This document shows positions 35,688 to 46,309 of a stretch of DNA of 64,000 bases, in pieces (the stretch's first letter is position 1; every line of letters starts with the position of its first letter). The stretch covers positions 6,732-70,731 of the forward strand of contig CAYQPT010000002.1 in the NCBI GenBank assembly GCA_964419835.1. The letters are read 5' to 3'. The DNA is from an uncultured Candidatus Saccharibacteria bacterium. Its GTDB lineage: Bacteria > Patescibacteriota > UBA1384 > XYA2-FULL-43-10 > 1-14-0-10-43-13. The notes beneath the pieces were generated by a model. That model was not told where the DNA came from and did no database searches. It was given only the letters and a program-made list of their open reading frames with translations. A program made the translations under genes and the position numbers.

Positions 35688-36370
35688 CTAAATCAGGTAC
35701 ATGAGCCCGATACCAATAGCAATCAGAATAGTGCCAATAATTTTTTGAGTGATTCTGTTTCGTTCGTTCAAGAAAATTATCCCAGCCAACAAAGTAATTA
35801 TTAAAGACACTTGAGTAACAGGCACCACCTTTGACGCTTCACCGGTTTTAAGAGCATAGAACAGCAGTAGCTCAAAAAAACCGTAAATAATGCCCGAAAT
35901 AATAAGCCCCCACTTTTGGATTCTTAGTTCATCTACAACCTTTTTCGGCTTAAATCCCAAAAACATAAAACTAATGAGGCCGATCAAAAGAAATTCCAGA
36001 GAAGCTGCTGCAGATTCAGGAAAATCTTGAACTGTAAGTTTAGCGAACACAAATGCAATTACGGCAAAAAAAGTACTCAAAACCGTTAAGTAAGCGCCTT
36101 GATTGATTTTAATTTTCTTCTTCTCAAACAAAGCAACTACAACACCGGCAATAATAAATAATATTGCAATGATTTTTGAAAAACTTATCGCCTCAGCAAA
36201 CACAAAGAGTCCGCCAAATAAAATAAAAATATGCCTTGTTTGATTTATAATTTGATATTCAGAAACATCAATCTTTTTTATCGCAATGAAAGAAAACCAA
36301 TCGGCCAAAAAAGCAAAAACAACAATTCCAAAAAACTACACCATAAAAAAACACGGCAAGAATGACGAGT
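35688..36370 (-). pseudogene. EamA/DMT transporter, 5'-truncated or frameshifted
   Basis: One and a half EamA repeats (GEASKVVPV, FLNE); no proper start; hydrophobic upstream sequence lies in a shifted frame. Confidence 0.65.
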
Positions 36371-36414
36371 AAACGATTAGATTAGATTATTTCAATATAT
36401 TTTAGAGCAGTTTT

Positions 36415-36642
36415 TTAACTGTCTTTTCTTCGAAGCATCTCAAGCTCTAGAACAATGTAACCCAAAGCAAGGATAATTAATCCACCGATAACTTTAAACG
36501 AAGGAAAGTAAAAACCGGCATCAATTGCGAAGATGTTGAACATCCATGCAGCCGATCCGTAAACAAAAATTATTACCCCCATAATAATCAGCAAGACGGC
36601 CACTCCGTAAAACGAATGATCAGAACCCTTTTTTGAGAACAT
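36415..36642 (-). CDS. Small two-TM membrane protein
   Basis: GGAGG RBS; two hydrophobic helices. Confidence 0.65.
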   Translation of the reverse strand: MFSKKGSDHSFYGVAVLLIIMGVIIFVYGSAAWMFNIFAIDAGFYFPSFKVIGGLIILALGYIVLELEMLRRKDS

Positions 36643-36751
36643 TTTTCCTCCTTGCCCCGTGTAATTACGCGAATGCGAAAATATTACTATGGGGCGTAAT
36701 ATTAATTAGTTTTATTATATCACAAATATTTTTTCAAATTGTGTAATCTGA

Positions 36752-36828
36752 TGGTCGGGGAAAGAGGATTCGAACCTCCGGTCTCGGGACCCCCAGCCCC
36801 GCGCTTTAACCAGCTAAGCTATTCCCCG
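36752..36828 (-). tRNA. tRNA-Pro (GGG)
   Basis: CGGGGAATAGCTTAGCTGGTTAAAGC...CTGGGGG...TTCGAATCC...CCCCGACCA, 77 nt. Confidence 0.93.
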
Positions 36829-36911
36829 ATTTCAGTTATATTTAATCATTATTTATAATTCGATTCAAATAAAAAATGGGCCGCCGGCTAAGATAAATTG
36901 GTCTTCTTTGC

Positions 36912-37086
36912 TAAGTGGGTAGTCGCACGAACCGGCCACGGCCGGCTCAAATATTGACCCAACCCCTCACCCTTCCGATAATGAAATTCACTGCAGGAAG
37001 GGTGAGGGGCGCCCGCATCAATTAAGATGAAGGACCCTTTTGTGAAATATTAACAGCCCAATTTAAAGTACCGACGAACCCACTTA
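36912..37086 (-). ncRNA. ssrS: Probable 6S RNA
   Basis: ~175-nt rod closed by TAAGTGGGT/ACCCACTTA, AT-rich central bubble, apical hairpin, TATAAT just upstream. Confidence 0.55.
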
Positions 37087-37180
37087 TATTATACACCTTG
37101 GTACAATGTCAGACCAAACAAAACAATGGTTGCAAGCCCTTGCTCTAGTCTGGTAAAATTATAGCAACAGGAATTTTTTT

Positions 37181-39391
37181 ATGGCAAATGAGATTTTGGT
37201 CCGTTCAGCGCTCTTGACCACAAACGAAAAACTGCCTGATAGGTTTTTATTTTCAGGAAAAGTAGAAGCGGAAAGCTGCAAAAACTGTTTTCTCTTCTAT
37301 CTTTTTGAGATTTCCACACCTTGGTCATCTTCTTGTGTCAAAATTAAAAAAAATGTATTAGATATTATTCAGAAAAACTTTCATCCTCGTGATTGCAGTG
37401 ATGCAGAGAGTATTTTTGAAAGAATCCTTCAGGAAATAAACCAATCCCTAAACTCTCTCGCCCAGAAAGGGGAAAATAGCTGGATCGGAAACCTAAACTC
37501 CATTATCGGCCTTGTCATTGAGAATGACATCAACATCGCTCAGGCGGGCAGATTTTCGGGATACATTTTTAGAAAAAGCCGGATTTCTTCTTTAACTGAA
37601 AATTCCCACCTAAAAGAAGAACCGCATCCATTGAAAACATTTTCAGACATTACTCAGGGAAGACTGGTTGCCGGTGATCGTGTTGTTTTCGGAAACATCG
37701 AACTATACAACCATTTTTCACTGGACCGGATCAGAAAGACTGTCGAGGAGCTTTCGGCGAACGAGGCCTTGCAGGAGTTTTATCATGCCTTAAAACGAAA
37801 CAAAATTTTAACTGTCAACTCCATCATCATTGAAGCTAAATCACTCGAAAAAATGCCGGATGAAGCAAGAGTTGATTTGCCGGAAATAATCACTCTGGAC
37901 AAGCAGGAAGAAAGTATGGCTACTGTTATGGCCAAAAAATATTCTCCGGTCGTAAAAAGTTTTTATGATAAAACAAAAAAACATTTGGCAGGAGCTAAGA
38001 AAAACCTGTCCGAACAAATTAAAAATAAAAGAACGAATAGCCAGTCTCTCGGAGAGAATTCGAAGGGTAAGGGTTTTTTAAGTAGTAGCGCAAGAAATAT
38101 TGGAAGAGGGCTTGGTGCTATGAAGGAAAAAATTGCTCCTCAAATTGAGAAATTAGGCAAAAGCAAACAATTCCAGAAAATTAAAATTAAAACTTTCCCC
38201 CACACCTCCAAAACAGCCGGTGGAACGACCAAGTTCTTCCAAAAGCTCTCTTTTATTCCCGCTCTTATTCAGCAGTTGCTGCTAAAGAAGAACCGGAAAT
38301 ATCTATATGGAATATTAATTATTCTTTTTGTCTTTATTGGTTACCTAAAAATTAACGCCAATAATTCAAACCGGACTGACAAAAAACAGGAGCAACAACT
38401 GGCGCTATCATACGATAAAGCAAAAGAAGCGTATGCAAAAGCAAAAGACGACTTAGCGTTAGGCAGGAACTCAGATACCAAACCGCTCGAAGATGCATTG
38501 GCACTGGCGGTAGAATCGCAGAAATCCCCCTCCAACAAGAACAAAGCTATTGAATTGACCAAAGAAATTCAAACCTCCCTCGACCAAACTACTAAGACAA
38601 ACCGGCTTTATGGTCCAAAACCGGTTTTTTCTTTCAATGATAGTGTGGGCAGGGTTGTGCTGACAGGGTTGGACATTTATGGATTTGATTCTGACGGTAA
38701 AATATATACCGCAAATGTTGCCGATAAGGAACCGCGACTTGTCGCCTCAATTGGTAAGGAAAACGGCAATGTTATTTCGGCAAATTTTTCCTCGTCAAAA
38801 AATAAAATATTTATCTATCCCAGCAGTAACAAAATGATCGAGTACGATATTACCTCGAAAACTCAAGGAGAAATGAAAGTGACAGATGGGTCTGGTAAAT
38901 GGGAAGACGCAAAAGCAATCTCGAGCTTCGTAACCAATGTCTATCTCTTGGATTCCGAAGCAGGCGAAGTTTGGAAACATGTGGAAACGGAGACGGGCTA
39001 TGGCAAAGGCACCTCATATGCAAATGCCAATAAAACGAGCTTACGAGGAGCCGTTGACCTGGCTGTTGATGGAAACATATATGTGCTATTAAACACTGGT
39101 GATGTTGTAAAATTTATTAAAGGCACCTTGGATCAAGGATTTTCCCTGAAAAATATCCCTGCCAGCAACAATAAAGTTGAAATTCCTACAAAAATATATA
39201 CCGACGCAGACACAAACTACATATTTATTCTCGATAAAAAAACAAACCGGATTTTGAAGTTTGATAAGAGTGGAAACTATGTTAACCAAACAGTTTTGGA
39301 TAATATGCCGATTGATGACTTTGTTGTAAATGGCAAAGTGCAAAAAATGTGGATCCTTTCTGGTGGAAAAATTTTCGGAATAGACCTCTAG
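37181..39391 (+). CDS. Bitopic membrane protein: degenerate PP2C-like N-domain plus extracellular beta-propeller
   Basis: INIAQAG...YIFRK and GDRVVFG; one TM; NHL-like repeats (LAVDGNIYVL, IFILDKKTNRI). Confidence 0.6.
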   Translation: MANEILVRSALLTTNEKLPDRFLFSGKVEAESCKNCFLFYLFEISTPWSSSCVKIKKNVLDIIQKNFHPRDCSDAESIFERILQEINQSLNSLAQKGENSWIGNLNSIIGLVIENDINIAQAGRFSGYIFRKSRISSLTENSHLKEEPHPLKTFSDITQGRLVAGDRVVFGNIELYNHFSLDRIRKTVEELSANEALQEFYHALKRNKILTVNSIIIEAKSLEKMPDEARVDLPEIITLDKQEESMATVMAKKYSPVVKSFYDKTKKHLAGAKKNLSEQIKNKRTNSQSLGENSKGKGFLSSSARNIGRGLGAMKEKIAPQIEKLGKSKQFQKIKIKTFPHTSKTAGGTTKFFQKLSFIPALIQQLLLKKNRKYLYGILIILFVFIGYLKINANNSNRTDKKQEQQLALSYDKAKEAYAKAKDDLALGRNSDTKPLEDALALAVESQKSPSNKNKAIELTKEIQTSLDQTTKTNRLYGPKPVFSFNDSVGRVVLTGLDIYGFDSDGKIYTANVADKEPRLVASIGKENGNVISANFSSSKNKIFIYPSSNKMIEYDITSKTQGEMKVTDGSGKWEDAKAISSFVTNVYLLDSEAGEVWKHVETETGYGKGTSYANANKTSLRGAVDLAVDGNIYVLLNTGDVVKFIKGTLDQGFSLKNIPASNNKVEIPTKIYTDADTNYIFILDKKTNRILKFDKSGNYVNQTVLDNMPIDDFVVNGKVQKMWILSGGKIFGIDL

Positions 39392-39472
39392 GATATATGA
39401 AATTAAAAAAAACCGCCTTTTAACTGAGGCGATTTTTTAATTGTAATTCGCTTCAATTCGTAATTCGTATTG

Positions 39473-41122
39473 CTACATCTTCTCCGGCGCCTCAATACCA
39501 CAGATTGATAGTGTATTTGCAAGAATATATTTTGTCGCCATAACCAAAGATAGGCGAGAGGCCGAGAGTTTTTTATCAGTTCCGATTACTTGGCAGTTAG
39601 CATAAAAATCATGGAATAAGCTGGCGATTTTATAAGCAAAATGGGGGAGTGCCTGAATTTGAAAATCAGTAACAGCAGTATTTATAAGTCCGGAAAAATT
39701 AATTAATTCTTTATAGAGAGCAACCTCTTTGTCGTTTTTCAAGAGTTTTAGATCTACTTCCTCTAATTTCTCTACCGCACTCTCCCCCGCCTTGGCCAAA
39801 ATACTGCAAATTCGAGCATGCGCATACTTTATATAGTAAACAGGATTTTTTTCCGATGTATCGGCAGCCAATTTTAAATCAAAATCAAAAGGCGTGTTGG
39901 AATTTTGCGCCAAAATAAAGTATTTAAATGCATCCGGCTCTACCCCACTCTCAATTACTTGCCGGAGTGTGACAAAATTTCCCAACCGCTTTCCCATACT
40001 GACTGATTTTCCTGCTTTCTTGAGCCGGATATATTGATAAAACAACACTTCTATCTGATCTTCTGCATGGCCCAACGCCTTCATGGCAACTTTGAACCTA
40101 GGAAGATGGCCATGATGATTAGCGCCCCAAACATCAATTAACCTGTCGAATCCTCTTTCAAATTTATCTATATGATAGGCAATGTCATCTGCAAAATAGG
40201 TCGGCGTTTTGCCATCACTTTTAACCAGAACGGACTCTTTATCTTTTAATTCAGGATCTTCTGGATTTTTAAACCAAAGTGCACCTTCCTTGCTCACAGT
40301 AAAACCTTTTTCTTTCAAAGTATTGATCGCTTTATCCGACTTACCACTATGTTGGAGATCGCTTTCATAGAACCAATTATCAAATTTTATTCCTATTAAT
40401 TCAGAATCTTCTCGAACTGATTTAATTGTATAGCAGAGTCCTTCTTTAATAAAAAATTCAATCAACTCTGATTCGTCTTTAATTTTTGTTAATTCTTCCT
40501 TTTTATCTTTCTGAATTTGCTCTGAAATTTCTTTAACATATGGCGCTGGATATCCGTCAGCCGGAAAATCCAACCCTTTGTCCTCTTTTTTAGCGAACCA
40601 ATAATAGAGGGATCGGCCAAAACGCTCTATTTGCAGTCCCATATCATTCACATAAAATTCTCTTCCGACCTCATACCCAAGAAACTCTAGTAGCTTTGCA
40701 ACTGTTTCTCCAATCGGTCCGCCTCGAGCATTTCCCACATGAAGAGGTCCCGTCGGGTTTGCAGAAATGTATTCCACCTGAATTTTTTGCTTTTTTTTGC
40801 TTCCTCGGCCATAATTCTCTTTTTCAGCTAAAATTCTCATTATCTCAGCATAATAAATTTCTTCCTTAATAAAGATATTAATAAATCCCGGACCGGCAAT
40901 TTCCACTTTTAAAAAATCTTTAACCGGTTTCATCAGTAGAGTAATTTTCTCGGCAACTTCCCGTGGGTTTGCCCCGTCTCTGCCCGCAATCATCATTGCA
41001 ATATTTGTGGCAAAGTCCCCCATTTCAGGTTTTGGCGGTGTCTCAATGCTAAAATTCTGCGGAATACTAAAGTCAGCTTTTTTAACAGCTTCAATAATTT
41101 TTTCTCTTACCAGTTCTTTCAT
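39473..41122 (-). CDS. argS: Arginine--tRNA ligase
   Basis: GPGFIN, EYISANPTGPLHVGNAR, YAHARICS motifs. Confidence 0.97.
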   Translation of the reverse strand: MKELVREKIIEAVKKADFSIPQNFSIETPPKPEMGDFATNIAMMIAGRDGANPREVAEKITLLMKPVKDFLKVEIAGPGFINIFIKEEIYYAEIMRILAEKENYGRGSKKKQKIQVEYISANPTGPLHVGNARGGPIGETVAKLLEFLGYEVGREFYVNDMGLQIERFGRSLYYWFAKKEDKGLDFPADGYPAPYVKEISEQIQKDKKEELTKIKDESELIEFFIKEGLCYTIKSVREDSELIGIKFDNWFYESDLQHSGKSDKAINTLKEKGFTVSKEGALWFKNPEDPELKDKESVLVKSDGKTPTYFADDIAYHIDKFERGFDRLIDVWGANHHGHLPRFKVAMKALGHAEDQIEVLFYQYIRLKKAGKSVSMGKRLGNFVTLRQVIESGVEPDAFKYFILAQNSNTPFDFDLKLAADTSEKNPVYYIKYAHARICSILAKAGESAVEKLEEVDLKLLKNDKEVALYKELINFSGLINTAVTDFQIQALPHFAYKIASLFHDFYANCQVIGTDKKLSASRLSLVMATKYILANTLSICGIEAPEKM

Positions 41123-41131
41123 TTGTTTTGG

Positions 41132-42301
41132 CTACTTAATTTTGTATACTTTTTTCTTTCCAACCTGAATGATCATTCCAGCATGTGTTGCAATGTCCGA
41201 CTTTGGATCAGTTATTTTTGCACCGTCAATTTTTACTCCGCCTTGTTCGATCAATCTTTTTGCTTCAGAGTTAGAACCGGCAGCACCAACCTCAATCAAG
41301 AACAAGGGCAACTCATAATTTCCGCTAATCTTCACTTCGGGGATATCTGTTGGCAGCTCTTTTTTCGTAAAAACATTTTTAAATTCCTGTATGGCTCCTT
41401 CAGCATCCTTCTCGCTATGATATATTTTAACGATTTCGAAAGCCAATTTCTCTTTTATGTCTCTCGGATTTGTTCCCTTCTTAAGATCTTCCTTGTGCTT
41501 CTCAATTTCTTTGGCCGGCAAATCTGTACACAAATTGAAATACTCTATTATCAATGAATCCGGAATAGACATTATTTTGCCGAATTGAGAATTGGCGCTC
41601 TCAGTAATCCCAACATAATTATCGAGCGACTTGCTCATTTTTTCTTTTCCATCCAGCCCGACCAAAAGCTTTACCATAATAATATCCTGTGGCTCTTGCC
41701 CCATCTTTTTTTGCAGAGATCTACCGGCAAGAATATTAAATTTCTGATCTGTTCCGCCAAACTCAACATCGGCTTTTAATATGACTGAATCATAGGCCTG
41801 CATTATTGGATAAAGGGTTTCCTGAATTCCAATATCACTTCCGGACTTAAGCCGTTTTTCAAAGTCGTCTCTTTCAATAATTTGAGCAACCGTAAACAAA
41901 GAGCATAATTCTAAAATCTCGGAAAATTTCATCTTCGAATACCATTCTGAATTGTAGCGGATTTCGGTCTTTTTAATATCGAGGATTTTCCCCACCTGAT
42001 CAAAATATGTCTTTGCATTTTTAGCAATTTCTTCGTCAGAAAGAATGGGACGGGTTTTGTTTCTACCTGAAGGATCTCCAATTTTTGTCGTGTAATCCCC
42101 GATTAAAAAAATGATCTTATGTCCTTCGTCTTGAAGTTGCCGTAGTTTTCTTATGGCCACGGCATGACCAATATGGATGTCCGGCCTAGTCGGATCTACA
42201 CCCAGTTTAATCCGCAGCTTCCTGCCCGATGACAACTTTGTCTTTAGTGACTTTTCGTCTATTATTTCCGCAACACCTTTTTCAAAAAAATCTTTGTCCA
42301 T
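41132..42301 (-). CDS. tyrS: Tyrosine--tRNA ligase
   Basis: GVDPT..DIHIGH, GGTDQ, KMSKS motifs; S4-like C-terminus. Confidence 0.97.
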   Translation of the reverse strand: MDKDFFEKGVAEIIDEKSLKTKLSSGRKLRIKLGVDPTRPDIHIGHAVAIRKLRQLQDEGHKIIFLIGDYTTKIGDPSGRNKTRPILSDEEIAKNAKTYFDQVGKILDIKKTEIRYNSEWYSKMKFSEILELCSLFTVAQIIERDDFEKRLKSGSDIGIQETLYPIMQAYDSVILKADVEFGGTDQKFNILAGRSLQKKMGQEPQDIIMVKLLVGLDGKEKMSKSLDNYVGITESANSQFGKIMSIPDSLIIEYFNLCTDLPAKEIEKHKEDLKKGTNPRDIKEKLAFEIVKIYHSEKDAEGAIQEFKNVFTKKELPTDIPEVKISGNYELPLFLIEVGAAGSNSEAKRLIEQGGVKIDGAKITDPKSDIATHAGMIIQVGKKKVYKIK

Positions 42302-42446
42302 GCTGTCCCTTTATTAATTGTGCATGCAAGCGGTTGACATGCAGGAGTTTTGCAATTATAATTCTCTCGTTTTCTTTTTAGATTCGTTTTCTGTTTACAT
42401 ACTATCAAGCGAAGCATATAATGTAAAGAAAGGAGGTGGCAAATTT

Positions 42447-45029
42447 ATGAATAAATTTTTAAATTTTTTGAAGCACCCATTCAAAAAAAACTTTCGCAAT
42501 ATTATCCCATCTAAAAAATTGAAGAAATTCAGCTGGAAACGGTTTTCTTCATATTTTCTCTATGCCGCCGTTGGTCTTATTTTTATTATCGCGCTCTCCT
42601 TTGCATGGTTTGCTAAAGATTTACCTACCCCCGGCAAAATTGCCAACCGAAAGGCAACAGAATCAACCAAACTTTATGACAGAACCGGTAAAATTTTGCT
42701 CTATGAAACCGGAGATGAAAAAAGAACAATAGTTACAACTGATCAACTGCCTCAGAACCTAAAAGAAGCCACGGTAGCAGTTGAGGACGCAAATTTTTAT
42801 CGCAACCATGGCTTTGAAACAAGATCAATAGTTAGATCTGTATTCAATAAATTAACTGGAAAAACGGCCAACATCCAAGGCACGTCCACTATAACTCAAC
42901 AATATGTCAAAAACGCCCTCCTAACTTCTGACCGTTCGATTATCAGAAAAATAAAAGAGCTCATTCTTTCCATTGAATTAGAGTTTATGTACAAAAAGGA
43001 AGACATACTAACAATGTACTTAAACGAAATTCCATATGGCAACTCTACGGCCGGTGCTGAAGCCGCCGCAAAAATGTATTATGGTAAACCAGCCAAAGAC
43101 TTAACTTTAGCACAAGCCGCAACTTTAGCTGCTATTCCACAAGCGCCAACTTATTTCTCTCCTTATGGCACACACACAGATAAATTGATTAACAGACGAA
43201 ATTATGTCCTAGACCGCATGGTCACAACGGGAAAAATATCAAAAGAAGATGCTGAAAACGCCAAGAAAGAAGACACTATCACATTGGGACAAGCGTTAAA
43301 ACCGAGAAAAGATGCCATTTTAGCACCTCATTTCGCCATGTATGTGCTCGAGCGTGTTGCCCAACAATTCGGGGAAGACAAAGTTCAAAAAGAAGGATTG
43401 AAAATCATTACAACGCTCGACTATGAAAAGCAAAAAGCCGCTGAAGAATCTGTCGCTTCCGGTGTAAAGAAAATCAACCAGTACGGAGCAAGCAACGCCG
43501 GCCTCGTTGCCACCGATCCAAAAACAGGACAAATCCTTGCTATGGTCGGATCAATTGACTATTTTAATACCGAAATTGACGGCAATGTTAACATTACCGA
43601 TTCACTAAGACAGCCAGGTTCATCCTTCAAGCCGTTTACTTATGCTACTGCTTTTAAAAGACCTGAATTCTCCCCTTCCAGAATTCTATTTGACTATCAA
43701 ACCGACTTCGGCGGCGGATATGTTCCAAAGAACTACGACGGATCATTTCGTGGACCATTAACAATGAGACAATGTCTGGATAACTCTTTAAACATCCCTG
43801 CCGTTAAAACAATGTCTTTGGTCGGGATGGACAATGTTATTAAAACGGCGCAGGATATGGGCATTTCCTCCCTAAATCAGAGAGATCGCTATGGATTGTC
43901 CCTAGCTCTTGGAGTTGCCGAAGTGAAGCCGGTTGAGATGGCCGGCGCATTCGGCGTATTTGCCAATGGGGGCCTCAAACAAGACGTTAGAAGTGTTATA
44001 AAAATCACCGACGCCAAGGGAAAGGTTCATTACGATTTTGATCAGAAAAAACCAACCGGCCAACAAGTGCTAGATCCCCAGGTTGCCTATGAGATGGCGC
44101 ATGTTTTAAGTGATAACAACGCCAGAACTATGGTATTTGGAGCCCGTTCACAACTTTATTTTCCAGGACGGCTTGTTGGAGCCAAGACAGGTACCACTTC
44201 AGATAACAAGGATGCTTGGACTGTTGGTTTCACCCCCTCTATCTCGGTTGCGGTTTGGGTTGGAAACAATAATGGAAAAATAATGAAAGGGGGCGCCGAC
44301 GGTTCAGTTGTAGCAGCCCCAATGTTTCATACCTTCATTGAAAAGGCACTGGCTGGCACACCGGCAGAAGAATTTACCAAACCAGACGGAATACAGACCT
44401 TAACCGTTGCCAAATATACAAATAAATTACCCGGGGATGCAACAAGGGAAACAACAACTGACATTTTTGCCACATGGCAGATTCCAACCGAAAAAGATGA
44501 TACCTCTATCACCGTTAAAGTTTGCAAATCAAACGGAAAACTAGCTCCAGCCGATATGCCAGCCAATCTAACCGAAGATAAAACCTTTTCCGGTGGAGTT
44601 CATTCGGAGCGGCCAGATAATCCAAGCTGGGAAAATCCGGTCCGCGCCTGGGCTGAAGCTAATGGCTATGGATCCTCCTCGCCGCCAACGGAATACTGTT
44701 CCGTTAGTGATTTAGCGCCAACCGTTGAAATAGTTAGCCCAATAAACGGAGCATCTGTTTCTGGTAATACTGAGATCACCACCTCCTATACTTCTGTCGC
44801 CAATATAATATCAGTGGAATTTTTCATTGATGATGTATCAATCGGCAGTATTACTTCGGCACCATTTACAAAAACATATGACTTTACCACTGCGGGAAGC
44901 CACAAAATTTCTGTCATAGCGACAGATGAAAATGGTTCAACTGCGAGAAAAGATATTATAGTAACGAAGGCCTCAACCCCTCCGCCCGCTAACAGCAATG
45001 CAAACGCCAATACTAATGGTGCACACTAA
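42447..45029 (+). CDS. Class A penicillin-binding protein with C-terminal Ig-like domain
   Basis: EDANF, GTSTITQQ, RK.KE (transglycosylase); SSFK, SLN, KTG (transpeptidase); GGAGG RBS before 42447. Confidence 0.93.
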   Translation: MNKFLNFLKHPFKKNFRNIIPSKKLKKFSWKRFSSYFLYAAVGLIFIIALSFAWFAKDLPTPGKIANRKATESTKLYDRTGKILLYETGDEKRTIVTTDQLPQNLKEATVAVEDANFYRNHGFETRSIVRSVFNKLTGKTANIQGTSTITQQYVKNALLTSDRSIIRKIKELILSIELEFMYKKEDILTMYLNEIPYGNSTAGAEAAAKMYYGKPAKDLTLAQAATLAAIPQAPTYFSPYGTHTDKLINRRNYVLDRMVTTGKISKEDAENAKKEDTITLGQALKPRKDAILAPHFAMYVLERVAQQFGEDKVQKEGLKIITTLDYEKQKAAEESVASGVKKINQYGASNAGLVATDPKTGQILAMVGSIDYFNTEIDGNVNITDSLRQPGSSFKPFTYATAFKRPEFSPSRILFDYQTDFGGGYVPKNYDGSFRGPLTMRQCLDNSLNIPAVKTMSLVGMDNVIKTAQDMGISSLNQRDRYGLSLALGVAEVKPVEMAGAFGVFANGGLKQDVRSVIKITDAKGKVHYDFDQKKPTGQQVLDPQVAYEMAHVLSDNNARTMVFGARSQLYFPGRLVGAKTGTTSDNKDAWTVGFTPSISVAVWVGNNNGKIMKGGADGSVVAAPMFHTFIEKALAGTPAEEFTKPDGIQTLTVAKYTNKLPGDATRETTTDIFATWQIPTEKDDTSITVKVCKSNGKLAPADMPANLTEDKTFSGGVHSERPDNPSWENPVRAWAEANGYGSSSPPTEYCSVSDLAPTVEIVSPINGASVSGNTEITTSYTSVANIISVEFFIDDVSIGSITSAPFTKTYDFTTAGSHKISVIATDENGSTARKDIIVTKASTPPPANSNANANTNGAH

Positions 45030-46309
45030 CTGAACAAATTAAGAAGTTCGTTTATATTTCTAAAATTTTCTGCCGTTTTATAACCCAACGAAGTGGATTC
45101 CTTTTCCCGTTCCTTTGACCTTGTTACTTTTCTTATTTCTCCCGAAAGGCCAACCTCACCAAAAAGACATAAATTTTTGGAAAGTGGCTTGTTTTTGTAG
45201 GAAGATATTATGGCAGCGCAGACAGCCAGATCAATTGCCGGTTCAGAAAGCTTCATCCCACCTACAATATTGATGTAGATATCATAATTGCCCAAGTTGA
45301 CCGGAGTCTTTTTACTAATGACAGCAGAAAGCAGGTTCAATCGGTTCAAATCAAAACCGGAACTTGTTCTTTTTGGATAGCCAAAATGTGTCGGAATAAC
45401 AAGTGCCTGAACTTCTACCAAGATGGGTCTGGTTCCCTCCACTGTGGCAGTTACTACACTCCCAGCTGCACTTTGTGTTTCCGCCAAAAATAGTTCAGAA
45501 GGATTTTTTATTTCAATAAGACCTTTTTCCTGAATTGAAAAAATACCGACCTCATTGGTTGCCCCAAAACGGTTTTTTACACCACGCAATATTCTGGCGT
45601 CATGGAACCTCTCCCCTTCCAAATAAAGAACCGCGTCAACTAAATGCTCAAGCGTTCTTGGGCCTGCAAGAGAACCTTCTTTTGTAACATGTCCGACAAT
45701 AACAATCGAAATGCCCGTTCTTTTAGCTAACCGTTGCAGGAATATTCCACATTCTCTAACCTGCACCATTGATCCAGGGGTGGAAGGATATTCCGATAAA
45801 TAAACGGTTTGGATCGAATCAATAATGACTAAATTTGGTTTGTTTTTTAAGATTTCTTTTTCGATTGAAAGCAAATCTCCGTCAGCGATTAACTTTAATC
45901 CAGAGGGATTTAGTTTTAGCCGGTCAGCTCTGCCTTTTATTTGACCAAGGGACTCTTCGGCTGATACATAAAAACAATTTTTTATGGTGTCGCAAATTTG
46001 AAGCAACAATGTTGATTTGCCGATCCCCGGCTCACCGCCTACAAGGATCAAAGACCCAGGAACAATACCTCCGCCAAGAACACGATCAAATTCCCCTATT
46101 CCTGTTTTCATACGCTCGTTTTTTCCAATTGAAATATCGGACAAATTTGAAACTTCAACATCTTTAACATTTTTAGAACTAGTGCTTCCCTCTGGCACAG
46201 TGATTTCTTTTAAAGAATTCCACTCGCCGCAAATAGTACAACGCCCTGACCACTGAGTAAAGTCATTACCACAATTTTCACATAAATATACTTTGTTAGC
46301 TTTTTTCAT
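45026..46309 (-). CDS. radA: DNA repair protein RadA/Sms
   Basis: Zinc finger, GEPGIGKST and KNRFG motifs. Confidence 0.96.
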   Translation of the reverse strand: MKKANKVYLCENCGNDFTQWSGRCTICGEWNSLKEITVPEGSTSSKNVKDVEVSNLSDISIGKNERMKTGIGEFDRVLGGGIVPGSLILVGGEPGIGKSTLLLQICDTIKNCFYVSAEESLGQIKGRADRLKLNPSGLKLIADGDLLSIEKEILKNKPNLVIIDSIQTVYLSEYPSTPGSMVQVRECGIFLQRLAKRTGISIVIVGHVTKEGSLAGPRTLEHLVDAVLYLEGERFHDARILRGVKNRFGATNEVGIFSIQEKGLIEIKNPSELFLAETQSAAGSVVTATVEGTRPILVEVQALVIPTHFGYPKRTSSGFDLNRLNLLSAVISKKTPVNLGNYDIYINIVGGMKLSEPAIDLAVCAAIISSYKNKPLSKNLCLFGEVGLSGEIRKVTRSKEREKESTSLGYKTAENFRNINELLNLFS

